A stretch of DNA of 64,000 bases from a virus (lineage: Duplodnaviria > Caudoviricetes), in IMG/VR virus record IMGVR_UViG_3300036987_000310, positions 224,001-288,000 of that record. One strand, written 5' to 3'. The notes under the pieces were generated by a model. The model made no database searches. It saw nothing but the letters and a program-made list of their open reading frames with translations, and was not told where the DNA came from. A program made the position numbers and the translations under genes. Below are positions 44,961 through 53,877 of this stretch, in pieces. The stretch's first letter is position 1; each line of letters begins with the position of its first letter.

Positions 44961-45263
44961 ATGACTCCTGCGCAAGCATCAGCTCTCCTTCGAAATATTG
45001 CCGAGAAAATCGACAATTCAACCCTTCCGTCTATTTCCCTGGTTGCTGCTACATTGCAAAATGTCGTTGTAGCCCTCGAGGGAGACTCGTTTAGCAGCCC
45101 CCCTGGAGGAGCTTTGGACGATAGGCAGCAGAAGGAGATAGAGCGAAGGAAACAAAAGGAGAGCGAAAATATTTTGAAGAAAACGCAGGAAGACCTCGGG
45201 AAAAATGTCGAGCGTCTTGTTGAAGATGGGTTTAAAAATCTTGAGAAACAAATTGGCAGCTAG
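44961..45263 (+). CDS. hypothetical protein with amphipathic N-terminal leader
   Basis: LLRNIAEKI..LVAATL; coiled-coil tail. Confidence 0.7.
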   Translation: MTPAQASALLRNIAEKIDNSTLPSISLVAATLQNVVVALEGDSFSSPPGGALDDRQQKEIERRKQKESENILKKTQEDLGKNVERLVEDGFKNLEKQIGS

Positions 45264-45320
45264 TCCCATACCGTTTGTCCACAGAACGTAAATACGCTTA
45301 CTTTTTAAGTAAACTGGCAT

Positions 45321-45818
45321 GTGTTTAAGTTTCTAGCCAGTCATGTGAAGGTAAAGCGTGTCAGAGTCTCTCTTCTTCTGAAAAACAGAAGTCTCAGATC
45401 GTCAGACATTCTTGACAATCTCCGACCGAGCGTAACGCTCGAGTTTCCAGGCGGAAAGTGCAAGACGATAGTCATGAACGACTGGCGAAAGTCTCCGTCT
45501 GACGTGTACACTAAACTTGAAAGGATAGTTAGACACTTTTCTGGAGATAAGCCTGAGGCATGCTACGAAGCTTCCAAAAGGATATGGAAGCGCGTCAAAA
45601 CAGCAGTGCGCGCCGAATCCAGAAAAAAGTCCGTAAAGAAAAGATTTGACACAGCACACAGAAGAGAAATTCGTCGGTATGTTTTGTCAGACATAGAAAA
45701 TAGTCTAAAGGCCCTATCTAAAAAATCGATAGCAAAACACATTCGGCCGAAAGATTTGGCTGAAGTATGGAAGCGCCTTCAGGGAGAAAACATGGTGGAA
45801 AAGATCATGAACGGATGA
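45321..45818 (+). CDS. basic hypothetical protein with C-terminal tag
   Basis: Ends QGENMVEKIMNG*. Confidence 0.7.
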   Translation: MFKFLASHVKVKRVRVSLLLKNRSLRSSDILDNLRPSVTLEFPGGKCKTIVMNDWRKSPSDVYTKLERIVRHFSGDKPEACYEASKRIWKRVKTAVRAESRKKSVKKRFDTAHRREIRRYVLSDIENSLKALSKKSIAKHIRPKDLAEVWKRLQGENMVEKIMNG

Positions 45819-45819
45819 T

Positions 45820-46434
45820 TTATTCGTCGTGTTGACTAGGCATTGCAGGTCTAGTCTCGTCATCTTCCCAGTCTTCTGTTTGTTTCGGCGCCTTCCACAA
45901 CCACAAAATCGTCGCCACGCTCAAGATGGCCAGTCCAACGGCCAGCCCGAATGTCGATAGCCCCACCACCCTAGCATACTGGCTTCCTTTGTCAGCCATG
46001 ACTGCCTTTGCGGCTATCGGGACCAGAAAAGCTGCATGCATCAGATGGTCGACGCCAAAAATTAAAACCATGCCGCGCGGCTTAAGTCTCCACGTGACAA
46101 ATCCTGCATACGGACTTTCCTTCATTTCTGGCGGGCGACGAATAAACCGTGCCCATAGCCACACTGGCGCATATGTGTCTATGGCTCCATGAGACATGAA
46201 CAGCGTGAGAACAACAGAAACGATCATCGACGTTTGGTCAAACAATAAAGACAGGATTGGAATGTACGCGGCTGCGTATGCGGCGCTGTGAACCGCCAGC
46301 ATCCACGGAGATTCTTCAGTTTTTCTTCTCGCCATGGAATCAGTTTGCGTCATCCAGTCTGCCAACAGGTGCACAAACATCAGAATGGCGAAAATGCCGC
46401 CCGTTTCTTGTATGAAATTGGTCACATGTTGCAA
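45820..46434 (-). CDS. DUF3307-like membrane protein
   Basis: HLLADW..Q, AVHSAAY, SHGAIDT, GVDHLMH with TM helices. Confidence 0.8.
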   Translation of the reverse strand: MQHVTNFIQETGGIFAILMFVHLLADWMTQTDSMARRKTEESPWMLAVHSAAYAAAYIPILSLLFDQTSMIVSVVLTLFMSHGAIDTYAPVWLWARFIRRPPEMKESPYAGFVTWRLKPRGMVLIFGVDHLMHAAFLVPIAAKAVMADKGSQYARVVGLSTFGLAVGLAILSVATILWLWKAPKQTEDWEDDETRPAMPSQHDE

Positions 46435-46495
46435 CGATATTAAAATCTTTGGTAGTGTTTGTAGGTTACTTCAACGGCTTCCATGTGAGGAGCAA

Positions 46496-47614
46496 ATGGT
46501 CAAACCATCCGATATTGGTTGGGGAAAGTATAAGAAGTGGGAAGGTCCTCTTTATTATGGAGGCACCAAGTTTGTACTACCGTCAAAACCAACTGACGAA
46601 GAAAAAATAATTGCGGTGATCACTGCTACAGAGGGAGGGTCGTATTCAGCCATCAACATGTACGACTCGTGCGTACTGAGTTCGGGCCTCATTCAATGGT
46701 GCGAAGCCCATTATTTCGTGTCGAGCATGCTAGGGGCGGTAGCTGAAAAGGACCCGGCACTGCTGACGCCTTTGGACGATGCGCTCCGCGCGTCGTCTGC
46801 ATCGTTCAAGAAGCGTTCGGACGGAAAATGGCGCTTTTTCTTCACCGACAAGCGTGGTGAAGTGAATTCAGCCGTCAAGCAGCAGTCTTTATTCCTTGGC
46901 GGCAGCAACGGCTTGCTCGGTTCGTGGAATGAGGAATCGATTTTGCATGCGAAGACATGGGCTGCTGGCGTGGCGTCAGTGTGGGAAGATCAAACGGCTC
47001 AGCGCGTCCAGACATCGTACACAGCGTCCAGACTCGGCATGTTTGTGACGAAGGATGCCAAGGCCATTTTGTTTGGTCCGAATGCTCCACGCAACAATGA
47101 CGGCTTTTCCGGAGCGGTGCGGGCGGCGTTTTACAGCTTTGCCGCCAACCTTCCTGCTGTGGCTTCAGAACAGCTTCGTTTTGCTGCTAGCCAATCGCAT
47201 GCTCCAATTTGGTCAGAAGCATGGGCGATTGAAATCATTAAACAAATGACGCTCGGGCCAAAAATTCCGATATATCCGGGAAGATATAATAAAATCAGGC
47301 CGGTCATCGAATCGATGTATGGTGTCGATTTGCCTGATTTGGCCAACGATTTGGCTCAATGGTATGCCGACATGAACTCGACCTCCGGCACGTATCCGGA
47401 GTTTTTCGACATAAAAGAAATACAGGAGGAGCTGATCGCGGGAGGGTACGACATAGGTCCTCGCGGGGCAGACGGCGTTTTTGGCATGAAAACCAAACAA
47501 GCTTTGGCAGAGTTTCAGTCTTCACATGGGCTCGTGGCCGACGGAATCATGGGCCCGAATACTAGAAGAGCTATGTCGGAAGCCCATATCGGAAGAGTGT
47601 CAAATGTTCGTTAA
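46496..47614 (+). CDS. endolysin-like protein with C-terminal peptidoglycan-binding domain
   Basis: IQEEL..GY..G..DGVFG.KT..AL.EFQ..HGL.ADGIMGPNT (PG_binding_1); TEGG..SAINMYD..SSGLIQW, lysozyme-like N-terminus. Confidence 0.8.
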   Translation: MVKPSDIGWGKYKKWEGPLYYGGTKFVLPSKPTDEEKIIAVITATEGGSYSAINMYDSCVLSSGLIQWCEAHYFVSSMLGAVAEKDPALLTPLDDALRASSASFKKRSDGKWRFFFTDKRGEVNSAVKQQSLFLGGSNGLLGSWNEESILHAKTWAAGVASVWEDQTAQRVQTSYTASRLGMFVTKDAKAILFGPNAPRNNDGFSGAVRAAFYSFAANLPAVASEQLRFAASQSHAPIWSEAWAIEIIKQMTLGPKIPIYPGRYNKIRPVIESMYGVDLPDLANDLAQWYADMNSTSGTYPEFFDIKEIQEELIAGGYDIGPRGADGVFGMKTKQALAEFQSSHGLVADGIMGPNTRRAMSEAHIGRVSNVR

Positions 47615-47786
47615 ACCACTAGAAGAGTTGACAGACACTGAAGTCCTGGACTTGTTAGATCTGGTGAGCGAAGAATTGAAAAGAAGGAACTCGCTAAATG
47701 TGTGTCTTGGCGATGACGGGTACGACGACCAGGCTGTAAAACGCGCCACCGAGTTCCTTTCAACCGCGATTCGACTTAAAGGTTGA
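47604..47786 (+). CDS. small coiled-coil protein
   Basis: LEELTDTEVLDLLDLVSEELKRR. Confidence 0.6.
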   Translation: MFVKPLEELTDTEVLDLLDLVSEELKRRNSLNVCLGDDGYDDQAVKRATEFLSTAIRLKG

Positions 47787-48279
47787 CATCCACTGTCACT
47801 ACAGGAACAGGCTTTCTTTCTTCCAATTCCTTCTGAACCATCTCGAGAACACCATCTAAAGCCGACGCTGTTTCTTCCCATTTTTCCACATCTAGATTTT
47901 TCTCCCAGCTATCCAAATGTCTGCGCAGACACAACATGGCTTCATGCATGCGCTCCGTAAATTCCGGGGAACCGACATGAACTATGGTTCCGTCTACAAG
48001 CTGTTTGAATACCCATTCATTCTTGTCAGATCCGTCATGTGGCTGATGGTAATATGTAGAGGTTTCTGCGGCCTTTCCATCCTTTCGAACGGAGGCATCG
48101 ATTCGTGCTGTTCCTCGGATGCGGACCCACCCACCGACTTTTAGGTGTTCGAGTGGTGTCTCGACTCTAAGAGCCACTTTTTCGCTTGGACACTCGACTG
48201 TTGCAAAATGACTTTTCCCAACTGTCGTCAAAAAACACACGCGGCCAATGTGGGGGCCAATTTCAAATGTTGTTAGCAT
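47776..48279 (-). CDS. hypothetical protein
   Basis: 167-aa ORF. Confidence 0.65.
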   Translation of the reverse strand: MLTTFEIGPHIGRVCFLTTVGKSHFATVECPSEKVALRVETPLEHLKVGGWVRIRGTARIDASVRKDGKAAETSTYYHQPHDGSDKNEWVFKQLVDGTIVHVGSPEFTERMHEAMLCLRRHLDSWEKNLDVEKWEETASALDGVLEMVQKELEERKPVPVVTVDVNL

Positions 48280-48337
48280 GGCGAAAAATTACACTGGATC
48301 GTAAGCTCTTCTAAAAAACTTCTGAACATGTTTTTCA

Positions 48338-48616
48338 ATGACGCTTTATTCGTTTGGGAAACTGATGGAAATACTTTGGCAACCGGAACCAGGTAAGTGT
48401 CACCATTGTGGACGGAAGTTTAAACTGGTGCGCCGATTCACTACTGGAAGACATCATGTCATATTTTGTTATTCTTGTTGGCAAAAAGCACAGGAAGGCA
48501 AGCAAGAACTTTTTGTAAACAGGCAGGAGTGGAGAGACAACACTGCCATGAAATTTGAGCTGTTCGACGATGTAAATGAGGAGCGTGGAGCCACACAAGA
48601 CGCTTGTTGGAACTGA
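48338..48616 (+). CDS. Zn-finger protein, tag-less
   Basis: CHHC..FCYSC..NRQEW. Confidence 0.6.
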   Translation: MTLYSFGKLMEILWQPEPGKCHHCGRKFKLVRRFTTGRHHVIFCYSCWQKAQEGKQELFVNRQEWRDNTAMKFELFDDVNEERGATQDACWN

Positions 48617-49301
48617 AAACCGCCCAGACCTGTCCAAAGGTCCGGAAGCTTATTTTCAAACCGCTCTAAAATTCGTTCAAGAAAACTATTTGGACGAGCT
48701 TGAGAGAATATCGTCTGTAAATTTTGACACGGTTGATGACGATTTTTTCTTTCGCGAGTACGTGTGGGTCGTCCATGCCACCGGGTTTTCCGCAAAAGCT
48801 GTTGGAAAATTCATGCCAGAACTTTTGAAAGCTTACGGATGGTGGAATAAGCTAGCAGAAGATTCGTTTGAAGACATGATGGGCCGGGTCAAGCCGGTTT
48901 GCAACAACCCGCAAAAAGCCAAAGCTATATATGACACGGCAAAAAGAATGTTCCAGGCTATGTTTCCGACATCCGGGGAAGGGATGTTATGGAATGACTG
49001 GAAAAATGATAACCTGAGTTCGCCGGAACTTTTAACAAAGCTTCCTTATATAGGGAAGGTCACATGTTTCCATTTGGCTAGAAACATAGGTCTTTTGGAA
49101 TTTGTCAAACCGGACCTTCATTTGGTCAGGATGGCAAAACACTGGGGTTTTGGCAACTGTGTAGAAATGTGCGAAACACTGCAGAAACATCACGTTGACA
49201 ATGGCGGAAAAAAACTCCCGCTAGGAGTCATAGACCTCATTCTCTGGTATTCGGCAAGTCATTTCTCAACATTAAATATACGACAACCAGGGGACCGATG
49301 A
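48576..49301 (+). CDS. HhH-GPD superfamily DNA glycosylase-like protein
   Basis: LTKLPYIGKVT (HhH), VKPDLHLVR, NNPQKAKAI. Confidence 0.75.
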   Translation: MRSVEPHKTLVGTENRPDLSKGPEAYFQTALKFVQENYLDELERISSVNFDTVDDDFFFREYVWVVHATGFSAKAVGKFMPELLKAYGWWNKLAEDSFEDMMGRVKPVCNNPQKAKAIYDTAKRMFQAMFPTSGEGMLWNDWKNDNLSSPELLTKLPYIGKVTCFHLARNIGLLEFVKPDLHLVRMAKHWGFGNCVEMCETLQKHHVDNGGKKLPLGVIDLILWYSASHFSTLNIRQPGDR

Positions 49302-49328
49302 TTTATTGGTTCTAATGTATTATGCAGG

Positions 49329-50291
49329 ATGCATTACATATTTTGTGTGTCCGGGTTTTCAGGAACCGGAAAAGACGAGTTCTGCCGACGTCTTGTTGAA
49401 GGCCACAGTGCAGTTCATACTGGTTTAGCTGATCCAGCTAAACGTCACATGGCTGACATATACGGGTTCACTCACGATCAGTTGTTTGGTCCGAGTCATA
49501 TGCGCAACGCCGGGGACCCGAGGTATCCGAAAACTGCCATCACCAAGGCTGGTGCGAGACTGGCTGACATGTCCGAGTTATTAGACGTTAGCGGGGATGA
49601 CCACACGGATCCTGAAAAGATTTGGTGGTGTGCCGATTTGGACTTGACAGACGAAACTGAGATCAGAAATCTTGTAATGGCCCCGAACGGTTCCGCTTGC
49701 GCTGGAAAGAAGCTTTTTCAAAGCAGGCGACTTGGCGGAACTCAGGTGCGAATCTTCTTTGAAGACACAAACCCGATGTTCTTCCTATCGCCACGCGAGG
49801 CGCTTCAAAAGTATTGCGACCTGATGAATCGGATGTATCTGTGCACCTGGGTTCAGGCCGGCGTCGAGCTGCACAGAAAGTTGGCCGTGCTCAGAGACAT
49901 CCTGACTCGGGACGACCAGGTGAGTCGACCTGTTCATGCATACGACAGGATGCTTGGGCTGATGCCGAACGAATTCAGAGTCGGGTCTGAAGCGAGCTTT
50001 CATCGGCAGGCGACCTACGACGTCGTGACGTGCTTCTCGGACTTCCGGCACCGCCATGAGATCCGTTATGTTCGCGAGGCGGAAAGAGAACGCGGCGGCT
50101 TCAGGGCCGTGCTCATCAGGGTGAAGCGTCCCGGAGTGGAAAAACCGCCATTCAACCACCGCTCCGAGACAGAGCAGGCAACCATCCCAGACTCCGAATT
50201 CGACTACGTAGTCGACAACAACAACACAATTTCTGGCCTCCACGCTGTGGTGGACACGATCGTGAGCCAGGTGAAAGGCGAGAGCAAGTGA
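49329..50291 (+). CDS. deoxynucleoside monophosphate kinase (T4 gp1-like) with insertions
   Basis: Walker A SGFSGTGKD, LADPAK, PREALQ, SDFRHRHE, HRSET. Confidence 0.8.
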   Translation: MHYIFCVSGFSGTGKDEFCRRLVEGHSAVHTGLADPAKRHMADIYGFTHDQLFGPSHMRNAGDPRYPKTAITKAGARLADMSELLDVSGDDHTDPEKIWWCADLDLTDETEIRNLVMAPNGSACAGKKLFQSRRLGGTQVRIFFEDTNPMFFLSPREALQKYCDLMNRMYLCTWVQAGVELHRKLAVLRDILTRDDQVSRPVHAYDRMLGLMPNEFRVGSEASFHRQATYDVVTCFSDFRHRHEIRYVREAERERGGFRAVLIRVKRPGVEKPPFNHRSETEQATIPDSEFDYVVDNNNTISGLHAVVDTIVSQVKGESK

Positions 50292-51241
50292 ACAAGGACA
50301 CATTGTTGCAAGTTTCCGAAATCGTGTCCCATGCCGGGTGTCCGGATGGAATTGGGGCGGCCATGATATGCAATGCCGCATACGCTTCATGCGGAATGCA
50401 CCCTCCCCCGACGAATTTCGTTCAGTACGGAACTCGCTTTCACGATAACCTCGTTTCACGCTCAAAGCAGCTTTTTGTCGACATCACACCCCCTAAGGGA
50501 CGATGGGAAGAATGGATGGGTTTGGACCCCGTCGTTCTCGATCATCACGAAACTATGATGCATGTGGTCAACTCGCTAAATGGAAAATATGGGGGCGCGG
50601 ATCACTCTGGAGCCATGTTGGCGTTTGAGAACGTCATGCTCCCTTTGGCAGGCGACTCGATGCAGAAACAAGACTTAGAGTCGTGGGAAAGACTAGCCCG
50701 TCTATGCATGGTTCGCGACACATGGAAAACAGCGTCCCCGGATTGGGACGATGCGTGCGCTCTGGCGCACGCGCTCCTCTTGTACGGCCAGAAATGGGGC
50801 GTTTCTGCTGCGATAGCTGGCAAAGTTCCTCTTGATGAGCTGCTTCCTGTCGGCGCCAAGGTTCACGATAAAATTCGACGTCAATCGAAAGGGGTTGTCA
50901 AGAATTCTCCTCGCAGAAACGTCAAGATTGGCGACGCTTCTGTCACCGTGGTTTTCTTCAATCATGCCAATGGTGGAACCATGAGCGACATCGCCCACTT
51001 CGTCATGGACTTGATGCCATGCAATGCAGTTGTCTCATACTTCTTTGTTTACGACAACGAGGAAGTACAAAACGTCGCGTCTGTTCGAACTGATGGGTGT
51101 TTTTCTGCCCGAGGACTTGCCGAGTCGTTTGGCGGTGGTGGACACAATAACTCTGCTGGATTCCGAATCCCCGGGGAGTACTCTCCGAATCAGATTATTG
51201 AAATGGTCATGGAAAGGATTGTCACGCTTCATAGCCGATAG
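50288..51241 (+). CDS. DHH/DHHA1 family phosphoesterase
   Basis: SHAGCPDG, VDI, LDHHET, SGAMLA, SVR, GGGGHNNSAGF. Confidence 0.85.
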   Translation: MNKDTLLQVSEIVSHAGCPDGIGAAMICNAAYASCGMHPPPTNFVQYGTRFHDNLVSRSKQLFVDITPPKGRWEEWMGLDPVVLDHHETMMHVVNSLNGKYGGADHSGAMLAFENVMLPLAGDSMQKQDLESWERLARLCMVRDTWKTASPDWDDACALAHALLLYGQKWGVSAAIAGKVPLDELLPVGAKVHDKIRRQSKGVVKNSPRRNVKIGDASVTVVFFNHANGGTMSDIAHFVMDLMPCNAVVSYFFVYDNEEVQNVASVRTDGCFSARGLAESFGGGGHNNSAGFRIPGEYSPNQIIEMVMERIVTLHSR

Positions 51242-51250
51242 GGCAGAACG

Positions 51251-52171
51251 CTATTTGATTACCCATCGTTCGATTATTATTTGTATCAAAGTGACGATCG
51301 TCGCGATGACAGAAACAGGAATGACAACCTTCCTGCTCAGTCCCTTTGAAGTTTCTTCAGCTTGTTTGCTGAACCCTTCAGAGGATGCTTTTGCTTGCAT
51401 TTCGATCGATTTGACCGCAAGGTCGGTCGTCATTTTGACATGTCTTTCAAAAGATTCCATGCGCTTGTCGTGAATGGAATCTGTTCCTATCAGCTTCAAA
51501 ATCTCTATGCCATATTTCGTTTCAAAGTCTTGAAAAGATTTCAGCAGACCTTCCATCGCGGCATGCGTCGTTTTTGCTGCTGATGCTGCTTCTTCGGAGG
51601 CTGTCAGTGCGTCACTCATTTTGGCCTCCAAATTGAGAATGCTGTTCCCAAGTTTTTTGTCTTCTTCGTTCAAGCGAGCAATCTGAATCGAAGTCCAGTC
51701 TTTGAGCTCAGAGACTTTTCCAAAAAGGCCTAGGTGCCCGTTTGCAGCCCGCATGAAAGCCCGCATGAACACAAACGACATTCCGAATGTGCCGGTTGTT
51801 TGGATGTGATCTGTGTGCACCCATGATAGCGGGTATTCCTTGGTCGTCTCGGAAACCGCCCACCATAAAACTTTCCCGTCTGACGACTTCATGGGCCATA
51901 CTGAAGTTGTTCCCTTGTTGTTACCATCTTTTGACGTGTCTGCTTCCGCTATGGCGTCTTGAATAATCCCGTGAAACATCTCCGGCACGAGGTCTAACAA
52001 CGTCATGTGCTGTATTTGATCAAGCGTATATCCAGAGTGGTCTAAAACATAGTTGTTTGCCCACGCAACTTTTCCTTCAGCTATGTTTATTTCAAACACT
52101 CCGCAGTCTTCTTGCGCGCGGCCTTCCTCACGCATTTTCAAAATCAATTTTTGTGGTAAGATGCCCTTCAT
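51251..52171 (-). CDS. PAS domain + coiled coil + C-terminal TM protein
   Basis: GVFEINIAEGKVAWANNYVLDHSGYTLDQI..LDLVP; C-terminal VVIPVSVIATIVTLIQIII. Confidence 0.65.
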   Translation of the reverse strand: MKGILPQKLILKMREEGRAQEDCGVFEINIAEGKVAWANNYVLDHSGYTLDQIQHMTLLDLVPEMFHGIIQDAIAEADTSKDGNNKGTTSVWPMKSSDGKVLWWAVSETTKEYPLSWVHTDHIQTTGTFGMSFVFMRAFMRAANGHLGLFGKVSELKDWTSIQIARLNEEDKKLGNSILNLEAKMSDALTASEEAASAAKTTHAAMEGLLKSFQDFETKYGIEILKLIGTDSIHDKRMESFERHVKMTTDLAVKSIEMQAKASSEGFSKQAEETSKGLSRKVVIPVSVIATIVTLIQIIIERWVIK

Positions 52172-52213
52172 GTCAATTTTTCCGAGAAATAAAACTCTGA
52201 GGTATCGTGTTGC

Positions 52214-52540
52214 ATGGAAATGGAATGTGAAAAATGCTTTGTGTCGAACACTTGTTCAAGACGTGGGTCTAGCCCGCTTGCGTTTGGGGGACAGACGTTC
52301 AAATGCAGAATAGTCGGAGGATTCGGCAGAAAGCCGATTGACAAATCCATTTTGTCAGTTGAGTCTGTAAAGAGTTATGAAAAAGACGGCCCGTGTCTAA
52401 CTGTTGCAGAGGTTCCGACAGTCGAAGACGGACTTGTGACCTTTGCAGTGACGAAGATTTTTTCTCCGCCGTGTCTTTCTCAAAGAGAGACAAATGTGGC
52501 TGTGACGTCGTCTGACGTCACAGCCAAATCCTATAAATGA
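52214..52540 (+). CDS. Cys-containing hypothetical protein
   Basis: CEKC..C..C. Confidence 0.55.
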   Translation: MEMECEKCFVSNTCSRRGSSPLAFGGQTFKCRIVGGFGRKPIDKSILSVESVKSYEKDGPCLTVAEVPTVEDGLVTFAVTKIFSPPCLSQRETNVAVTSSDVTAKSYK

Positions 52541-53866
52541 TTACGTGTGCGCGCCGTGCAGGAGGGGTTCTACAGCGCGACACCATTTCATGAGCTGTGG
52601 ATGTCTGGCAGCAGCTAGGCGATACATTCTATATGCGATACGTCTATACGACATATGTCCGTGAGGTCGCGTTCTCAATTCGACGACGTAGTATAGCTCT
52701 CTAAGAGACATTTGGAACACTGAACGATGCAAATATCCCAATGGAATAACATACTGGGATAGATCCGGGTCGTTCATAACCTCGTCAGCGTAAGACGTCA
52801 CCGACGACATTGCCGAAGTATACTCGTGTTCCAACTCCGACCCCGCAATATCATCAGGAATTGCGAAGCCATACTGCGTGGTGAGAGGTTCAACAAACTG
52901 TTCGCACCTTCGGTGTCTTTGTAGATCCCTGAAGGCTCCATAGTCCATGACTATGTCAAAAGATACCGGCACCGTGTCAAAAATCTTCGGGACTCCCGAG
53001 TGTTCTGGTCTGGCGTCCATGTGTTTGGAGAAAGACTCCCAGTCCATTTCGTGTCGGTGTTCGACAGCTTTTACGAAAGTGTCGAACACGCCTCGGGAAT
53101 CCGATGGCAACATCGAAACACACCAGTCGGGACTTTGCGGATCGAACTGTTCGTTCAGCGGCCCGAGCGATTTCACCGCTGGTTCGAATGTATTCGGGGA
53201 CGCGTGTCTCATCAACACTGGACACATGCCGGAAACTGCCGACAGAACGTCTGATCCGATTTGTTTCAACTCCGGGTTTGTGTGTCCCAAGAGAGTGGAA
53301 ACCAGGTCTCTAGCGTCCCTGAGATTTATGACACACGCCACATTCGTGCCAGTGCCAGCCGGCAAAAGATATCTCAGGTTGTCAAATGCTCGAGCTCGAA
53401 CAACTCTGTCAACCGCCTTCGGGTCGCTTGGATCTCTTCCCATTAAAATAGCGCAACGTTTCGCCATCGGCTCTTGCAACCGTTCATATGTCGCATATAA
53501 TCGCCCTGCAAATGCTTTCATGGTCTCTGGGGCGCCCGGAGGTGTAACGAAGCTTTCCCCAGAAAATTTTTGATACCTTGTGCTCTTTTCAGAAAAGGCG
53601 GCTCTTTGCACCGTTTCCACGACTTTTGACGCCACGATAGACAGCCCCTCTATGCACACTGGGACTGTCGCAAGTTCGGCGACGGAGCTGTGCCCATACC
53701 CAATCACCCACTTGTCGTTAAATTTGTCGGCTTCTTCGGCTGTGATGCTCGCCAAAATCTCTCTGGCTGACATTGGCGAACGCGAGTATTTGGCCAGTAC
53801 AGTAGCTTGTACAGATGGGTCCAGAAGTTCCCCATTTGGGCCTGTAAGACAAAAAACATCAGACAT
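52541..53866 (-). CDS. thyX: FAD-dependent thymidylate synthase, long two-domain type
   Basis: GYGHSSVAE, SEKSTRYQ, RYLLP, FRDLQRHRR, LRELYYVVELRT..GH.SYR. Confidence 0.9.
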   Translation of the reverse strand: MSDVFCLTGPNGELLDPSVQATVLAKYSRSPMSAREILASITAEEADKFNDKWVIGYGHSSVAELATVPVCIEGLSIVASKVVETVQRAAFSEKSTRYQKFSGESFVTPPGAPETMKAFAGRLYATYERLQEPMAKRCAILMGRDPSDPKAVDRVVRARAFDNLRYLLPAGTGTNVACVINLRDARDLVSTLLGHTNPELKQIGSDVLSAVSGMCPVLMRHASPNTFEPAVKSLGPLNEQFDPQSPDWCVSMLPSDSRGVFDTFVKAVEHRHEMDWESFSKHMDARPEHSGVPKIFDTVPVSFDIVMDYGAFRDLQRHRRCEQFVEPLTTQYGFAIPDDIAGSELEHEYTSAMSSVTSYADEVMNDPDLSQYVIPLGYLHRSVFQMSLRELYYVVELRTRPHGHMSYRRIAYRMYRLAAARHPQLMKWCRAVEPLLHGAHT

Positions 53867-53877
53867 GAGAGTCCTCC

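Noticed and set aside
7-45818. Tag explained purely as a Shine-Dalgarno/overlap artefact (ATGGAG, CACGAG before TGA)
   Set aside because: Many endings lack GGAG (VHNS, IQRD, VMTA, TQAT, VHQT), several tagged genes have no coupled downstream gene, and the hydrophobic periodicity extends 7-12 residues upstream. It may still contribute to the frequent ES ending.
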